Below are positions 15,628 to 17,423 of a stretch of DNA of 17,423 nucleotides, one piece after another. The DNA lies in assembly GCA_050293845.1 (NCBI GenBank), contig JBNKNM010000110.1, forward strand, positions 1 to 17,423, given 5' to 3'. The notes beneath the pieces were generated by a model. That model had not been told where the DNA came from and made no database searches. It saw only the letters and a program-made list of their open reading frames with translations. The position numbers and the translations under genes were made by a program. This stretch comes from Pseudobacteriovorax sp. (GTDB lineage Bacteria; Bdellovibrionota_B; Oligoflexia; Oligoflexales; Oligoflexaceae). Each line of letters begins with the position of its first letter. Position 1 is the stretch's first letter.

Positions 15628-15670
15628 TACCATACATAATTATGGTAATTGGGTGGAGGCTTGGTGTCAA
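15628..15670 (-). promoter_or_regulatory. umuDC promoter with a palindromic operator over the -10
   Basis: TTGACA (15665-70)-17 bp-TACCAT (15642-47); inverted repeat TACCATA-N6-TATGGTA at 15628-15647. Confidence 0.7.
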
Positions 15671-15709
15671 TATTGGGTTTGGGTGAGGTATCTTGATACA
15701 ATTGCTATA

Positions 15710-16555
15710 TTAATGATTTCTCCAATCGTCAACATAGTGATTAGACTTTCCCAGATTACAGTCTTCACAAAGGACTTGAAGATTTTCAATATCAAGTTCA
15801 AATTCGGGATATAAACTCCGTGGCTTTATGTGATCGACATGTACTGTTTTACTGGAGCCACCACAGGCAGCACAGACTCTTCCATATTTCCTTATTACTG
15901 AATATCTCAGTTGTCTCCATTCCCTTGACTTGTAGAAATTATTAGAAGTATTTGAAAAATTTTCTGAAACTCTACTGTTTATGTGCTCGTTGGCAACTAT
16001 ATCACTTGGAATTTTACTCGAAGCTAAATTGTTTATGGAATTTTTTTGTCCCTCTTTTACCGGAGCTAAGATAAAGGAATACAAAGAAAGAAAAAGTGTC
16101 TTGAATATTTTTCCGATAAACCTTAAAGACTTACCAATAATTAACACTGATATTTCGCCAATAAAACTTGCTATTACAGAAATAGAAAAATAGATATAAT
16201 ATTTTACCGACTGAGGTAAAGCGTTAATTTGATCTACGATTCCCAGTACAATGCCAACTATAGATATTGATAATAAAGCTCTGCTAAATGATTCACAATG
16301 ATATGAATATTTTTTTGCTGTTAATGAAATAGTTATCTTCATTGTCAACAAACTTAAAGTCAACACCATGAAAAAAGGATGAATTGAGTTTAGCCACTGC
16401 AATATTGAAATAAATGCATATATGAATAAAGGTGTACTTAAAAATACACAGCATCTAAAAACCAATTTAAATACCCACCCAGTAACTCCACTTATTTGGA
16501 CTCGGTATTGGCTAAAAATCAAAGAAGCTATAAAACGCACAATTGTTGAAGCCAT
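15710..16555 (-). CDS. Membrane-anchored HNH endonuclease
   Basis: N-terminal ~160 aa with several hydrophobic helices; C-terminal FYKSREWRQLRY...CAACG...HVDHIKPRS...LQVLCEDCNLGKSN; GGAG RBS. Confidence 0.9.
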   Translation of the reverse strand: MASTIVRFIASLIFSQYRVQISGVTGWVFKLVFRCCVFLSTPLFIYAFISILQWLNSIHPFFMVLTLSLLTMKITISLTAKKYSYHCESFSRALLSISIVGIVLGIVDQINALPQSVKYYIYFSISVIASFIGEISVLIIGKSLRFIGKIFKTLFLSLYSFILAPVKEGQKNSINNLASSKIPSDIVANEHINSRVSENFSNTSNNFYKSREWRQLRYSVIRKYGRVCAACGGSSKTVHVDHIKPRSLYPEFELDIENLQVLCEDCNLGKSNHYVDDWRNH

Positions 16556-16899
16556 TACTCCACGTCTCCATTTGATTTGAATTCATACTAAAAACAATGC
16601 AAAAATAGACTTTGTTTTATCTTAATATTCATATCGATAGAATAAGATAAATCACTCATTTATTATGACCTATAGTGAAAATGGTTTGAGCTTGTCGCTT
16701 TTTAATTTATTTTTTGAGTGAGGTCTTGAAGTCAACATTGATTTCGTGAATAGCTTGTTTTAATCAGACTAAGTCCAAAGTTATGGTTGCAGCAAAATCG
16801 TTTTATATATTAACTTAGCTTTAGAGAGAGGTCACATTAGCATGTTCCTCAATCATAATATTAAGTATCATTTTATTTACGAAAGATGCTGGTAGATTA

Positions 16900-17404
16900 A
16901 TGATTTTAGCAGTTGATTTAGATTACCACGAATCATCAGCTACAGTGGCTGGTATCAGCTTTGATGAATGGGATGATGAAGAATCAAATGAGATACACGT
17001 TTCCTACATGGAAGGGGTTGCCGACTACATTCCTGGTAGCTTTTATAAAAGAGAGCTACCGTGTATCTTATCGCTTCTCCGTGAACATAAGCTTAATCCA
17101 GATATTATCGTTATTGATGGGTATGTGTACCTTGATGGAGTGAGTGAGCCAGGTCTGGGAAAATAAATACCTTTATGATGCCTTAGAGGCTAAGGTTGCC
17201 ATAATTGGAGTCGCTAAGTGTGCTTTTAAAGGTATATATGATCAGTTTGCATTGTAAAGGGGGAAAAGTAAAAACCCACTATATGTAACATCTGTAGGAA
17301 TTAATATAAGCGAAGCACAAAAATCGATACAATTAGTGCATGGAAAATTTAGAAACCCGACCTTACACAAGAAGGTCGATCAAGTTTGTCGAGAAAAACA
17401 CTAA
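16900..17404 (+). pseudogene. nfi: Endonuclease V (deoxyinosine 3'-endonuclease) pseudogene
   Basis: ILAVD, YIPGSFYKRELP, IVIDGYV and PGLG motifs. A 4-bp duplication (AAAT AAAT, 17161-68) causes a frameshift; the continuation YLYDAL..VAIIGVAK...RGKSKNPLYVT...HGKFRNPTL.KKVD has an in-frame TAA at 17255-57. Confidence 0.9.
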
Positions 17405-17423
17405 CACTTTCCTTTAATTGACA

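Noticed and set aside
13635..16193. Multiple short ORFs overlapping SRAP, umuC, umuD and the HNH gene
   Set aside because: Alternative-frame or antisense shadows of well-supported genes.

Overview
AT-rich bacterial accessory region with the character of a mobile element. From left to right: (1) a 5'-truncated Rhs/YD-repeat polymorphic toxin (open from base 1 to 3624) with its probable immunity gene and three small opposite-strand ORFs; (2) a receiver-domain gene coupled to a stand-alone LuxR-HTH gene; (3) a module resembling a conjugative-element leading/establishment region (about 7180-10900). This module has a tandem XRE/KorC-like repressor, three copies of a conserved promoter with a palindromic operator (two of them inside a ~135-bp inverted repeat pair that may encode sRNAs), a DUF3560 gene and three unannotated micropeptides sharing KLKIK; two of the peptides align without gaps and carry a beta-clamp-binding-like QxxLF motif. 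Further right: (4) an unknown 395-aa gene flanked by hairpin-rich non-coding DNA and a GTAAAC repeat cluster; (5) an SOS mutagenesis cassette (SRAP convergent with umuDC); (6) a membrane-anchored HNH nuclease; (7) an endonuclease V pseudogene. The most novel candidates are the micropeptide family and the repeated promoter/sRNA units. All family assignments come from motif recognition by eye; no searches were run.
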